A stretch of 17,730 bases of DNA from assembly GCA_038878295.1 (NCBI GenBank), contig JAVZVY010000015.1:1-17730 (forward strand), written 5' to 3'. This document shows positions 8,716 to 17,563 of this stretch, piece after piece; positions within the stretch are counted from its first letter, which is position 1; every line of letters starts with the position of its first letter. A model generated the notes under the pieces. The model ran no database searches. It was not told the origin of the DNA and saw only the letters and a list, made by a program, of their open reading frames with translations. Source of the stretch: Candidatus Micrarchaeaceae archaeon (GTDB taxonomy: Archaea > Micrarchaeota > Micrarchaeia > Micrarchaeales > CABMGC01). The translations under genes and the position numbers were made by a program.

Positions 8716-10317
8716 ATGGAAAAGATAAACGCTGAAGAATTGTTCAAGGAGTTCAAGGAGCACTCGGTAGCAGAGTTCTTCAAGAAAAACAGGCAGATGC
8801 TCGGCTATTCTGGAATGGTCAGATCGCTTACTACGATTGTGCATGAGTATGTTACCAACTCGCTTGATGCGTGCGAGGACGCAAACATAATGCCAAGCAT
8901 AGCAATAGAGATAAAGGAAACTGGCGAAAACAGATATTCTGTCTCGGTTGCTGACAACGGGCCTGGCATACCTAAGAAATTTGTCGGGAAGGCGCTAGGA
9001 GTCGTGCTCGCCGGCACTAAATTCCACAGATACATGCAGCAAAGGGGCCAGCAAGGCATAGGCGCAGCAGGCTGCACGCTCTTCGCACAGATTACAACGG
9101 GCAAGCCGGTCCATGTTAGATCGGAAACGGAAAACTCCGCTTATGAATGCGACGTTTCAATAGACGTAAAATCGAACAAGCCGATAATAGCAAACCTGAA
9201 CGACTTGGATAAGAAAGGTGCAACTGGGCTAAGCGTCGTAGCCGAAGTAGCTGATGTAAAATACGAAAACAGCGACCACGGCGTCTATGAGTACGTGAAG
9301 CGCACAGCGATAGCAAATCCGCATGCTGAGATAAAGCTGATTGAGCCCGGAGGCAAGGAGCATGTGTTTCCGCGTTCTGTAAACGAACTTCCTAAAAAGC
9401 CGTTCGTGATAAGGCCCCATCCGCTCGGTCTGGAAATAAACGACCTTCTTGAGTTCGCGCACGTGAGCGAAAACAGGACGATAGCTTCGTTCCTTGTATC
9501 GAGCTTTTCGAGGGTCACGCCAAACAAGGTCAACGAGCTCAAGGAGCTTGCAAAAGGCGTCGATTTTGGAAAAGATCCGCGCCAATTGACGTGGGCTGAA
9601 GCCGAGGAGATAATAAAGGCCATCAAAGCAACAAAGTGGATTGCGCCAGATACCGGCAGCCTTTCAACGATAGGCGAAAAGCAGATTGGAATCGCGATAA
9701 AGAATCTGCTCAACCCAAATTTCTTCGACGTCGTAGAGAGAAAGCCCAAGGTCTTCAGAGGAGGCATACCATTTGCAGTAGAGGTCGGAATAGCCTATGG
9801 CGGCGGTGCCGGCAGGACGCAGCAGGATGGCACAATTGGAGGAGTTATACTCAGATTCGCGAACAGGGTGCCTTTGCTTTTTGACAGCGCCAACTGCGCG
9901 ATAACTGATGCTGTGCGCCAGATACAATGGAAAAGATACGGAATTGCTGATTTTGACAAGGAGCCCGTAAGCGTCCTTGTCAACGTTTCTTCTGTTTATG
10001 TGCCTTATGCCGGCGTAGGCAAACAGGCGATTGCCGACGAAGACGAGATAGTAGAGGAGATAAAACTCGCAATAATGGATTCGGCAAGGAGGATGCAAAG
10101 ATACATAAGCAACAAAAGGAACATGGGCATAGAGAAATCAAGATACGAAACAATACTGAGGTATGCGAGCCAGCTTGCGAAGGACATAAGCGAGTTGACT
10201 GGCAGCGACTATGACGAGGTTGACAGGGCCGTGAGGCTGCTGATAAGCACAAAGTACAGGAAGGCGCTTGAGGAAGAACAGAAAAGCGAAGAATCTGGCA
10301 AAGTAGAAAGAAATTGA
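8716..10317 (+). CDS. top6B: DNA topoisomerase VI subunit B
   Basis: SVAEFFKKNRQMLG; GHKL motifs EYVTNSLDA, DNGPGI and RGQQGIG; PHPLG; an H2TH region; transducer motifs RFANRVPL and GKQAI. Confidence 0.96.
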   Translation: MEKINAEELFKEFKEHSVAEFFKKNRQMLGYSGMVRSLTTIVHEYVTNSLDACEDANIMPSIAIEIKETGENRYSVSVADNGPGIPKKFVGKALGVVLAGTKFHRYMQQRGQQGIGAAGCTLFAQITTGKPVHVRSETENSAYECDVSIDVKSNKPIIANLNDLDKKGATGLSVVAEVADVKYENSDHGVYEYVKRTAIANPHAEIKLIEPGGKEHVFPRSVNELPKKPFVIRPHPLGLEINDLLEFAHVSENRTIASFLVSSFSRVTPNKVNELKELAKGVDFGKDPRQLTWAEAEEIIKAIKATKWIAPDTGSLSTIGEKQIGIAIKNLLNPNFFDVVERKPKVFRGGIPFAVEVGIAYGGGAGRTQQDGTIGGVILRFANRVPLLFDSANCAITDAVRQIQWKRYGIADFDKEPVSVLVNVSSVYVPYAGVGKQAIADEDEIVEEIKLAIMDSARRMQRYISNKRNMGIEKSRYETILRYASQLAKDISELTGSDYDEVDRAVRLLISTKYRKALEEEQKSEESGKVERN

Positions 10318-10330
10318 ATTGCACACGCAT

Positions 10331-12673
10331 TTAGAATATCAGCTGATCGAAAGCTTCAGTATTGATCAGCTTTATGTAGCCGTAAGCGATGCCAAGCTTC
10401 ATGAGCTCAGCATCGTCGCCGTATGAAAGGTAGAGCTTCTCAGTGAAGTTTGCCTGAGTATCGTCGTCGAAGAAGACTATGAATGTCTTGACCTTTCTGC
10501 TTATTTCGAATTTTCTCATACCTGAAATGCTTGAGTATATGATCACATTCGCTTGATTGCCAGTCTTTGTTATAAGCATGTCGGCACTCTGCACCGCGTC
10601 CATTTCCGTGAATATTATCGCGTTTGCGACTAGATAGTCTCGCAGCTTCCTGAATATCGCGAGATATTCTATGTCGTGGCCTGATTCGTCAACGAAACTC
10701 TTCGGCGCGTAGTAGTTACCCTTTGCGACAACGTCTCCGGATGCGATGAGCATGTTTAGGATCTTGAGCACATTCTGCAATGTCACAGCAATCGGCATGT
10801 TTCCAGACCTGAGGTTGGTTTCAACGCCGTTCTTAACCTCTTCTGGAGTAAGGGGCATGTAGCGCCAATGGTAGTAATAGTTTACCTTGTTGAAAACATT
10901 GATGAAATCCTGCTTTGGAACGCTTACGCTTACTCTCTTTACCGGAGGAAAAGTAGGCACGTCTATGTAGTATTCGTCCCTGGTCGGCGCTTTGAGGACC
11001 AAGTTTAAGAGCACTATGACAACAGCGACAACCGCGAATTCTATGTAGATTGCAGGTATATGGAATATTTTCTTGGTGTAGCTCGTGGAATACGCATAGC
11101 TTGATGAAAGCGCCTTCAGAACGAAATTCTGGTTTCCGTAGCTTACAACCGTGCCTTTCGGAAGAGTGTAGTACACGACGCCGTCCTCTACGGTGCCGTT
11201 TTCCGCATATGCGCCGTTGAGCGAAATCGAGTAGCTCAGGTTGCTTACGGGCTGGCCGTTGCTCTCCACGCTAAATGCGAACGTGCCATTGGCGAAGTTC
11301 AACGATATGGGGCTTATGCTGAGGTTTGCGAGCTGGAAAAGCGCACTGGAATAGTACTTATCGTAGAAGTTTCTCAGAAACAGAAGGTATGTGCCGCTTG
11401 GCAAAGTGAACTTTTGGTATTTTATTATGCTTATGCTGCTTGTGGTGTTGAAAAATCCTATCGGTATTGTTTCGACGTAGCCCATGTTCAATGTGTATAC
11501 GTCTATGTGCGGTGTCACAAGAGTCGGCAGGGATGACGTCGCATTCATGGTTATTATGATAGGTACTGTTTGAGTTTCGCCAACTACTGAAGGCAGGCCT
11601 ATGGTGCCGTTAGGGCTGAAATAAACGCTGAATGGAATGTTCAGGTATACTGTGGACGTCGCGTTGCTTGTTGCTATAGAAAGAAGCGGGTAAAGCGAAC
11701 CAATGCTTGACGAGTAGCTTGCCGGAATGGGTTTCAGCAGCGTGGCTATGCCGAGCCTGCCCGAACCGCTTAATGTCGAGTTGTAGCTTCCCTGCGCTAT
11801 AGTCTGCAGCCAGAATCTTGAATTAATTGCTTTTGATATGTCGGATGCCTCGGCCGAGCCGTTGCGCCAGATACTGCTTGGAAAGTTCGAAAAAGCTATA
11901 ACTGTGCCGTTAAGCGCGTTCACGTATGCCAAAGGCCCGTAAGATGATCCATCGCTGAAAGAAAAAGTCGGGCTGCTAAAATATAGTCCAAGCGGATTCG
12001 AATTCTGCGAAGAGGTTGGCGCAGCCGTGGCCATGTCCATAGAGGTCAGCTCGGATAAGGTCTGCTGCGTGGTCTTGAATATTATGCCATTAGGGCCTAT
12101 TTCCCTTGAGAAGTCTTCGCCAACGTATATTATAGTGTCGCCATCGGATAAAAGGTATTGCAGCGGCATCGGTGCGCCGCTTAGAAGCGGGCTTGGCATC
12201 AGCCCAGACGCTATTATCACCGTAGATCCAGGAGGAATGCTAGTGACATTGCCAATGCCGACTATCGTGACATTGCCGCCGTTTTGCAGCAGGTCATATG
12301 CTGAAAGGTCTGCGGAAAGATTTGAGTAGAGCTGCGAGATGCCGATGCAATTTAAGCAGTACTGCGAAACATTCAATATATAGACTTTTTGAAGCGGATT
12401 TTTGTCGTAAACGTTGAATGCTATGCTGGTATAAGACGAATTGCCCACAGCATAGTTGAGCAAAGCGTATGCAACGAGCTGCTGGGCATTGTCCAGAGTA
12501 AAAATGCCAGTCTGATTGAGCGAAAATTGCCCGATGAGTTTTCCCGGAGGTGCAGGCGGCACTGGCGCGGTAATATGCACAGCAATTTTAAGATACGCGA
12601 CGAGCCCCGCTATGAAGGCGATCACTACCATGATTGAAAGTATTGCTATCAGCAGTTTTCTTTTGCCATTCAT
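10331..12673 (-). CDS. large membrane-anchored surface protein with a cytoplasmic C-terminal domain
   Basis: N-terminal TM/signal; about 500 aa rich in S/T/N/G with about 17 N-x-S/T sequons; a second TM (IYIEFAVVAVVIVLLNLVL); then a charged tail of about 220 aa. Confidence 0.85.
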   Translation of the reverse strand: MNGKRKLLIAILSIMVVIAFIAGLVAYLKIAVHITAPVPPAPPGKLIGQFSLNQTGIFTLDNAQQLVAYALLNYAVGNSSYTSIAFNVYDKNPLQKVYILNVSQYCLNCIGISQLYSNLSADLSAYDLLQNGGNVTIVGIGNVTSIPPGSTVIIASGLMPSPLLSGAPMPLQYLLSDGDTIIYVGEDFSREIGPNGIIFKTTQQTLSELTSMDMATAAPTSSQNSNPLGLYFSSPTFSFSDGSSYGPLAYVNALNGTVIAFSNFPSSIWRNGSAEASDISKAINSRFWLQTIAQGSYNSTLSGSGRLGIATLLKPIPASYSSSIGSLYPLLSIATSNATSTVYLNIPFSVYFSPNGTIGLPSVVGETQTVPIIITMNATSSLPTLVTPHIDVYTLNMGYVETIPIGFFNTTSSISIIKYQKFTLPSGTYLLFLRNFYDKYYSSALFQLANLSISPISLNFANGTFAFSVESNGQPVSNLSYSISLNGAYAENGTVEDGVVYYTLPKGTVVSYGNQNFVLKALSSSYAYSTSYTKKIFHIPAIYIEFAVVAVVIVLLNLVLKAPTRDEYYIDVPTFPPVKRVSVSVPKQDFINVFNKVNYYYHWRYMPLTPEEVKNGVETNLRSGNMPIAVTLQNVLKILNMLIASGDVVAKGNYYAPKSFVDESGHDIEYLAIFRKLRDYLVANAIIFTEMDAVQSADMLITKTGNQANVIIYSSISGMRKFEISRKVKTFIVFFDDDTQANFTEKLYLSYGDDAELMKLGIAYGYIKLINTEAFDQLIF

Positions 12674-12684
12674 CGCCGCACGCC

Positions 12685-12831
12685 CTATTCGGCTTTATTT
12701 TTTTTCGCAAGTTTGTCTATCAGTGATTGCAGTTTGTTTGAAAGAAAGTTAGTGTTTGTGTTTACTCTCTTTATTACGTTGTACACCTTTACGTATGTAA
12801 CGCGCTTGTTTATAGTGACGAAATATTTCAT
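12685..12831 (-). CDS. small basic hypothetical protein (48 aa), absent from the ORF track
   Basis: MKYFVTINKRVTYVKVYNVIKRVNTNTNFLSNKLQSLIDKLAKKNKAE*, with GGTG 5 nt upstream of the ATG. It fills the gap between two co-oriented genes with 18-nt and 11-nt spacers. Confidence 0.7.
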   Translation of the reverse strand: MKYFVTINKRVTYVKVYNVIKRVNTNTNFLSNKLQSLIDKLAKKNKAE

Positions 12832-12849
12832 GCAAACACCAATGCGGGC

Positions 12850-13569
12850 TCAACTTTTAAGCTCTATGTAGCCTAATGAAACCATTTTGTCAAGTATCTG
12901 CTCGACCCTTGGCGGCGGAATCTTGTAATTATTAGCAAATTCGTTAACGTCTATCGAGTTGTTGTGCGCTATTATCCAGTCTTCTATCATGGCCATGAGC
13001 GACTCGTCAGAGAATGTCTTGAGCGCATTCAGCTCAGCCGTGAGCTTTTTGTTGTCTTCGCTGAGCTGAGATGCCTGTATTGTAAGGTTGCGGTTAGATG
13101 CAGCCAGTTCGAGATTCTGCCTTTTGAGTTCGCGGTACTCGGCTACAAGTGCGTCGTATTTGTTGAATATAGAGCTATAGCCTTCTGAGAGGCTGTTTAG
13201 CATATCCTCTATTCCAGAATCCACGTATTGGAAAAGCTTTGTTTCGTCAACCTTGTAGTAGTCGTTGACTATCGAAAGCACAGACATGAGGTTCTTTATT
13301 ATGGTGAGTTTCCTTATCTTCTCGCTTGTGTCCTGGGCTATCGAGTAGACGATGCTCACGCCCTCTGGCTGGAATGTTATTATGTAGAACAGGAAAGGCT
13401 CCTTGCGTATGTTCCTGCTTTCCACCCTGAGCAGCGTGAGTGAGTTGCTGTCGAGCTTTATTGAATAGAAAGGCAGCGCTGAGAGCTTGTCGCGCATTTG
13501 TTCGAATGTGCCTACAAGCTTGCCAGCAAGGGCTAGCTCCTCTACTTTAGGCAATACTTCCTCTGCCAC
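12850..13569 (-). CDS. coiled-coil protein with C-terminal winged-helix domain
   Basis: Alpha/beta N-terminal part, a long coiled coil (YDALVAEYRELKRQNLEL..LSEDNKKLTAELNAL) and a C-terminal wH (IEDWIIAHNNSIDVNEFANNYKIPPPRVEQILDKMVSLGYI). GTG start at 13569 (GGTG 5 nt upstream) or 13575. Confidence 0.82.
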   Translation of the reverse strand: MAEEVLPKVEELALAGKLVGTFEQMRDKLSALPFYSIKLDSNSLTLLRVESRNIRKEPFLFYIITFQPEGVSIVYSIAQDTSEKIRKLTIIKNLMSVLSIVNDYYKVDETKLFQYVDSGIEDMLNSLSEGYSSIFNKYDALVAEYRELKRQNLELAASNRNLTIQASQLSEDNKKLTAELNALKTFSDESLMAMIEDWIIAHNNSIDVNEFANNYKIPPPRVEQILDKMVSLGYIELKS

Positions 13570-13623
13570 TGCCACACCAATTACTACAAAAGCAATTAAG
13601 ATTAAATATATTTATGCTTATGC

Positions 13624-14019
13624 CTAAGTTTTGGAGGCGCGGGAGCTTTCATGCGCGCGCTCTTTAGCGCTCGCCTTCACGCTTTCTATGTCGAGCTTGG
13701 GCATGTAGCTAAGGAAAGAAAGCAGATATAGGAACACCGCAACGGCAACGGCTATGGCTATCGTTGTAGCGCGCGGCGAAATGAGAACGCTGAGTATTAT
13801 GAAGGCTATGCCAAGGGCTATGTAGAGTGTGCGCCTTGACTCAAAGCTTTTTCTCTGTTTCGCGTATTTTGGATAGCATTCCCTGCACACCACAAGCCTA
13901 TTGTGCTGCTCGTTTTTTGTGACGTTCCTCTTGAACCATCTTATGCTTTCTATAACGAAATCTTCTTCTATTGGTATGCCTTGCTTTTCCTTGCCGCATA
14001 TTATGCAATAGCTTTTCAA
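13624..14019 (-). CDS. CxxC-CxxC zinc-finger protein with two C-terminal TM helices
   Basis: CIIC...CREC followed by two hydrophobic segments. TTG start 4 nt after the upstream stop codon. Confidence 0.8.
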   Translation of the reverse strand: MKSYCIICGKEKQGIPIEEDFVIESIRWFKRNVTKNEQHNRLVVCRECYPKYAKQRKSFESRRTLYIALGIAFIILSVLISPRATTIAIAVAVAVFLYLLSFLSYMPKLDIESVKASAKERAHESSRASKT

Positions 14020-14023
14020 TAAA

Positions 14024-14320
14024 TCACGAGATTGTCAGCTCTATTACCCTACCGTATGTGGAGCTTATCTTGTCCTCGTCAAGCGCGTTGAGTATGCTTG
14101 TTGCTGTGATGTCGTCTATGCCTATTCTTCTCAATATGTTTTTTATTTCATCTTGACGCAGGCCCATGCTCAGCAGCATGTTCGAGAGCGTCACGGCGTT
14201 GACATGCCTGTGCGATTTTGATAGCGCGCTTTCGAATTCATCTATCTTCTTCTCGCTCACGCCGAACGTAACCAGTATGTGCCTAAGGTCAAGCCTGCTT
14301 ATCACGAAAGTCGCTCCCAT
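14024..14320 (-). CDS. small helical protein paralogous to the C-terminal domain of the adjacent ATPase
   Basis: Gapless manual alignment to ATPase residues ~423-494 gives 16/72 identities (D.R, R.V, L..MG, ILR..G..DI..T). Confidence 0.82.
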   Translation of the reverse strand: MGATFVISRLDLRHILVTFGVSEKKIDEFESALSKSHRHVNAVTLSNMLLSMGLRQDEIKNILRRIGIDDITATSILNALDEDKISSTYGRVIELTIS

Positions 14321-14327
14321 TGGATCA

Positions 14328-15833
14328 CTATGTTATGTAGGTAAACGCTCTTGTTATGAATATGTCTTCCACGCCGAGGCTTCTCAGTATGCTTATTGCA
14401 GACTGCTTGCTCACTCCCATCTGCATCAAGGACTGGACGAACGCCCTTATGTCAACGAATCTGCCCTTGTTGTCCAGGTCTTTAAGTATGTTTTCGGAAA
14501 CGTCCGCGCTTATGTTGTTGTTTATAAACTTGTCGCGTATGTCGACCTTCTCGAAGTAGTACTCTTTCTGCACGTTTTGGTCAGCAAGCTCTGCCTGATT
14601 CAGTATGTCGGCTATGGTTATAGTATAGACGTCAAGCGGCACTTCGCCGACTATCCTGTTTATTAGGAAGGTTTCCGGAAACTGGACAGAGGTTTGGAAT
14701 GACATGTCTATCGCTGCTTCGCCGACTCCGAATTTGCCCATCTCCTGTCTTATGAAATCTGAAAAGTTAAGCGAGCCCTGCATATAATCTAGAAACTTCG
14801 CGAATTTTATCCTGAGCATTATTGTTGTGCCGACATTTGAAAATATAGCCTCGTTTATATCAGTAGGATTCTGCGACGCGACTATAAGGCCGAACTGGTA
14901 TTTTCTGCCTTCCCTCACTATCATGACCGCGTCGCTCCTCTCATCGCTCGCTATCTTCCACGCCTCGTCGAGCACCACCATGGCCTTGAGGCCTTTTGCC
15001 GCGCTCCAGCTTTCCATCCTCATCTTTTCCTTGAGGGTTTGAAGTATGAACAGCGCTGCGAGGGCCCTGAACTTTTCATCTGGAAGCGCAGATAGGTCTA
15101 TGTCTACAAGGCCTGACGACGAAAGCTTTCCCAAATCCAGGGTGCTTTTCCTTGCGAAGTAGTCTTCGCCCTCCCTGGCAAACTGCCTCAGCCTGTAAAC
15201 AGCATTCTCAAGCTCGGCAGGGTATTCATAGGTGCCCTCCTGCAACTTTTCCTCTAAAAGGGTTATAACGTCCTTTAGCGTAGGTGGCTCTTTGTTTGGA
15301 GGCGGCGGTTGAGAGATGTTGAAGCCGGCATTGACATATGCTTGCTCTATCGCTTCTGCGGTAAGCCGGCGCTGCTCAGGAAAATCTGCTATATCAGTGA
15401 GTATTTCAAACGAATTCATTATCTGCTTTGACCTGTCAATCGGCTTCATGCCCGAAAGGTCCATGATGTTGAGGTAATCACCCTTTGCAAGAGTCACGAC
15501 TGTGCCGCCGCTCTGCTTCACCCATGCTTTGTACTCGCCAGCCCAGTCTATTATTATGGCGTTGGTCTGCCAAACATAGCTTGCTCTCGTAAGGAACGTC
15601 TTGACGAAGAAGCTCTTGCCTGCGCCTGTTATTCCCACTACGGCTATGTGCGGATTTGTGAGATTGAAGAAATTCCACGTGAACGGCGTCTCGAACATTC
15701 TTGAAATGCCTATGAATATCGAATTTGTAGGATCGTTCAGCAGGTATTCCTGCGGAGGCTCCGGAGGCCTGCTCAGGAAGACGCGCTTGGACAGCTCGTT
15801 GCTCATTATGCTTTGAACCCTTATGAGCGTCAT
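14328..15833 (-). CDS. VirB4/HerA-like (FtsK-HerA superfamily) P-loop ATPase
   Basis: NPHIAVVGITGAGKS (Walker A), IIIDWAGEY, MVVLDEAW (Walker B) and REGRKY..GLIVASQ (Arg finger and sensor Q). No TM segment; extra helical C-terminal domain. Confidence 0.9.
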   Translation of the reverse strand: MTLIRVQSIMSNELSKRVFLSRPPEPPQEYLLNDPTNSIFIGISRMFETPFTWNFFNLTNPHIAVVGITGAGKSFFVKTFLTRASYVWQTNAIIIDWAGEYKAWVKQSGGTVVTLAKGDYLNIMDLSGMKPIDRSKQIMNSFEILTDIADFPEQRRLTAEAIEQAYVNAGFNISQPPPPNKEPPTLKDVITLLEEKLQEGTYEYPAELENAVYRLRQFAREGEDYFARKSTLDLGKLSSSGLVDIDLSALPDEKFRALAALFILQTLKEKMRMESWSAAKGLKAMVVLDEAWKIASDERSDAVMIVREGRKYQFGLIVASQNPTDINEAIFSNVGTTIMLRIKFAKFLDYMQGSLNFSDFIRQEMGKFGVGEAAIDMSFQTSVQFPETFLINRIVGEVPLDVYTITIADILNQAELADQNVQKEYYFEKVDIRDKFINNNISADVSENILKDLDNKGRFVDIRAFVQSLMQMGVSKQSAISILRSLGVEDIFITRAFTYIT

Positions 15834-15858
15834 AATACCATTTTCGAATGATAAATAC

Positions 15859-16692
15859 TTATTTCTGCTGGTGGAAGTAGTCCATCAGCACGCTTGCCGA
15901 TATAGGCAAAGAGTAGTTGAACTTGAAGAGCAGGTACAGTTCCCTTCCTACAACCCTGTTTATGCTCAGGTCAAGCGCGTTGAATACAGTTTGTAAATGG
16001 TTAAGCTGCGCATTGAGCGCATCGACAGCAGCCTTTTCGCTGACCCCTGCAGCAGCCGTTTCTATGTACATTACGCTGTTTACAGGCCGCTCACCGCTAG
16101 AGAGCCTTTCTATTCTCGCCTGTAGTATGCTTATGCGCCTCTGATAATCATCTATCGCGAGCTGGCTCGGGTTGCTACTGCTCATTTCCTTCGAAAGCTG
16201 GAACTCAAGGAAACTGCGCTTTCCTTCGAGCTCGTCCCTGTATTCCTGTATCTCCTGCGCGGCAACTATCGCATGGAACTTGAAAGGAAAGTCCACGTTC
16301 ATAATTATTCTCTCCCACTTGCTCGCTGAAGAAGCAAGGGCTGCTTCCTCGGCGGCCTCCTCTGCTGTGCGCTCCTGGGAAAATGCGTAACTGTAGAGGT
16401 TTGCGGAGAGGTAGCCTGTGGCATAGTAGATGCCATTTGAAAATTTTATGACGCTGTTCTGGTGCTTGTTTATGTAGTAATCTTTAGCCGGAACTATTGC
16501 CGCGTTGAGAATCACAGTAACGAGCGGAAACACAAGGAAATCTGCGAAATTTATTACCAGGATGAGTAATATGGTAAGTATAGAAAGTATGGCAACGGCT
16601 ACCTTGAACGGGCCGTACGCGTTCAACATTAGGATAGCAAGAAGTGCTATAAGCGAAGTTATGCTTACGTACATTATTGTCGTTTCATCCAT
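15859..16692 (-). CDS. membrane-anchored protein resembling a VirB4/TraC N-terminal region, paralog 2
   Basis: Two N-terminal TMs, then an alpha/beta domain with a coiled-coil hairpin insert. The ATG overlaps the upstream TGA (TGATG). Shares motifs with 16692..17519. Confidence 0.78.
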   Translation of the reverse strand: MDETTIMYVSITSLIALLAILMLNAYGPFKVAVAILSILTILLILVINFADFLVFPLVTVILNAAIVPAKDYYINKHQNSVIKFSNGIYYATGYLSANLYSYAFSQERTAEEAAEEAALASSASKWERIIMNVDFPFKFHAIVAAQEIQEYRDELEGKRSFLEFQLSKEMSSSNPSQLAIDDYQRRISILQARIERLSSGERPVNSVMYIETAAAGVSEKAAVDALNAQLNHLQTVFNALDLSINRVVGRELYLLFKFNYSLPISASVLMDYFHQQK

Positions 16693-17519
16693 CAGCTTAC
16701 CCCAATTGTCTTTTGCTTTATCTCTTCGCTTATTGATGAGAAAGGTATCGCGTGATCAGGCTCTATGAAAGTGAGTATTTCGTCGGCGTTAGCCAGCGAG
16801 GCGGTAACGCCGTAAATTGCACCTATGCCGGCTGCAAGCTCCTCTGCGCGCTGCGTAGCCAAGGTTATGGCTTCTTCTTCGTTGCCGCCTAGGGCGGTTA
16901 CCATCGCGTATGAAACCTGCACGCGGGACTTCGCCCTGCTTATGTTGTCAAGCAGGTTTCTCCACATTGTGACTTCGCCCTTAGCCCTGTCAAGCAGATT
17001 CTGCGGCGAAGCCTTGTCTGAAGAAAGCTTCTGGTAGTTTTCCTCAGCGTCGTTTAGCTTGTTCCTTATCCTATTCAGGTATTCCTCCTTGTCTGCTATA
17101 TAGACTTGAGTTGTTATCTTTGCCGGAGTTTTGCTCAGCGTCGCGACCATGCCGAAAAGGCGCGCAAATTCAATCTTTTCTTCGTCGCTCATTTCCGTTG
17201 CTGAGCGATATATTGGAATCTTGACGAAAGCGGTGGCATATACGTCTGAGCCTTCCCTCGTCACTATGGCATTGCCGCTTGGCGCAAGTATGAAGGCTTC
17301 ATCAGACTTAATCACTATGCGCTTGTTCTTCATTCTGGCTAAGGGCGTGAATATGTAAGCGTAAAACCTTGTCGAAAACGCAATGACATCTGAAATTAGA
17401 GCCAAAAGCACCAGCACAAACCTGAGTATGTAGCCGGGCGCGAGCGTAGAGAAAAGAAGGATCACTACTGATGCGCCCAAAAAGACTACGAAGAAAATTG
17501 TTCTCACGCTCAGCGCCAA
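16692..17519 (-). CDS. membrane-anchored protein resembling a VirB4/TraC N-terminal region, paralog 1
   Basis: Two N-terminal TMs; YATAFV, MSDEEK..F, PAKIT..V....EEYL, a coiled coil and YAMVTA.G..EEEA. Start is TTG 17519 (GGGTG upstream) or GTG 17528. Confidence 0.78.
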   Translation of the reverse strand: MALSVRTIFFVVFLGASVVILLFSTLAPGYILRFVLVLLALISDVIAFSTRFYAYIFTPLARMKNKRIVIKSDEAFILAPSGNAIVTREGSDVYATAFVKIPIYRSATEMSDEEKIEFARLFGMVATLSKTPAKITTQVYIADKEEYLNRIRNKLNDAEENYQKLSSDKASPQNLLDRAKGEVTMWRNLLDNISRAKSRVQVSYAMVTALGGNEEEAITLATQRAEELAAGIGAIYGVTASLANADEILTFIEPDHAIPFSSISEEIKQKTIGVS

Positions 17520-17563
17520 ATGCAACACCCAGGATTATTATTTTCCAAACAAAACTATAAATG

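Noticed and set aside
14328..15833. Calling the ATPase the DNA-repair helicase HerA or a defence HerA
   Set aside because: There is no N-terminal HAS barrel and no nurA/mre11/rad50, Sir2 or nuclease partner nearby; its neighbours are membrane proteins.
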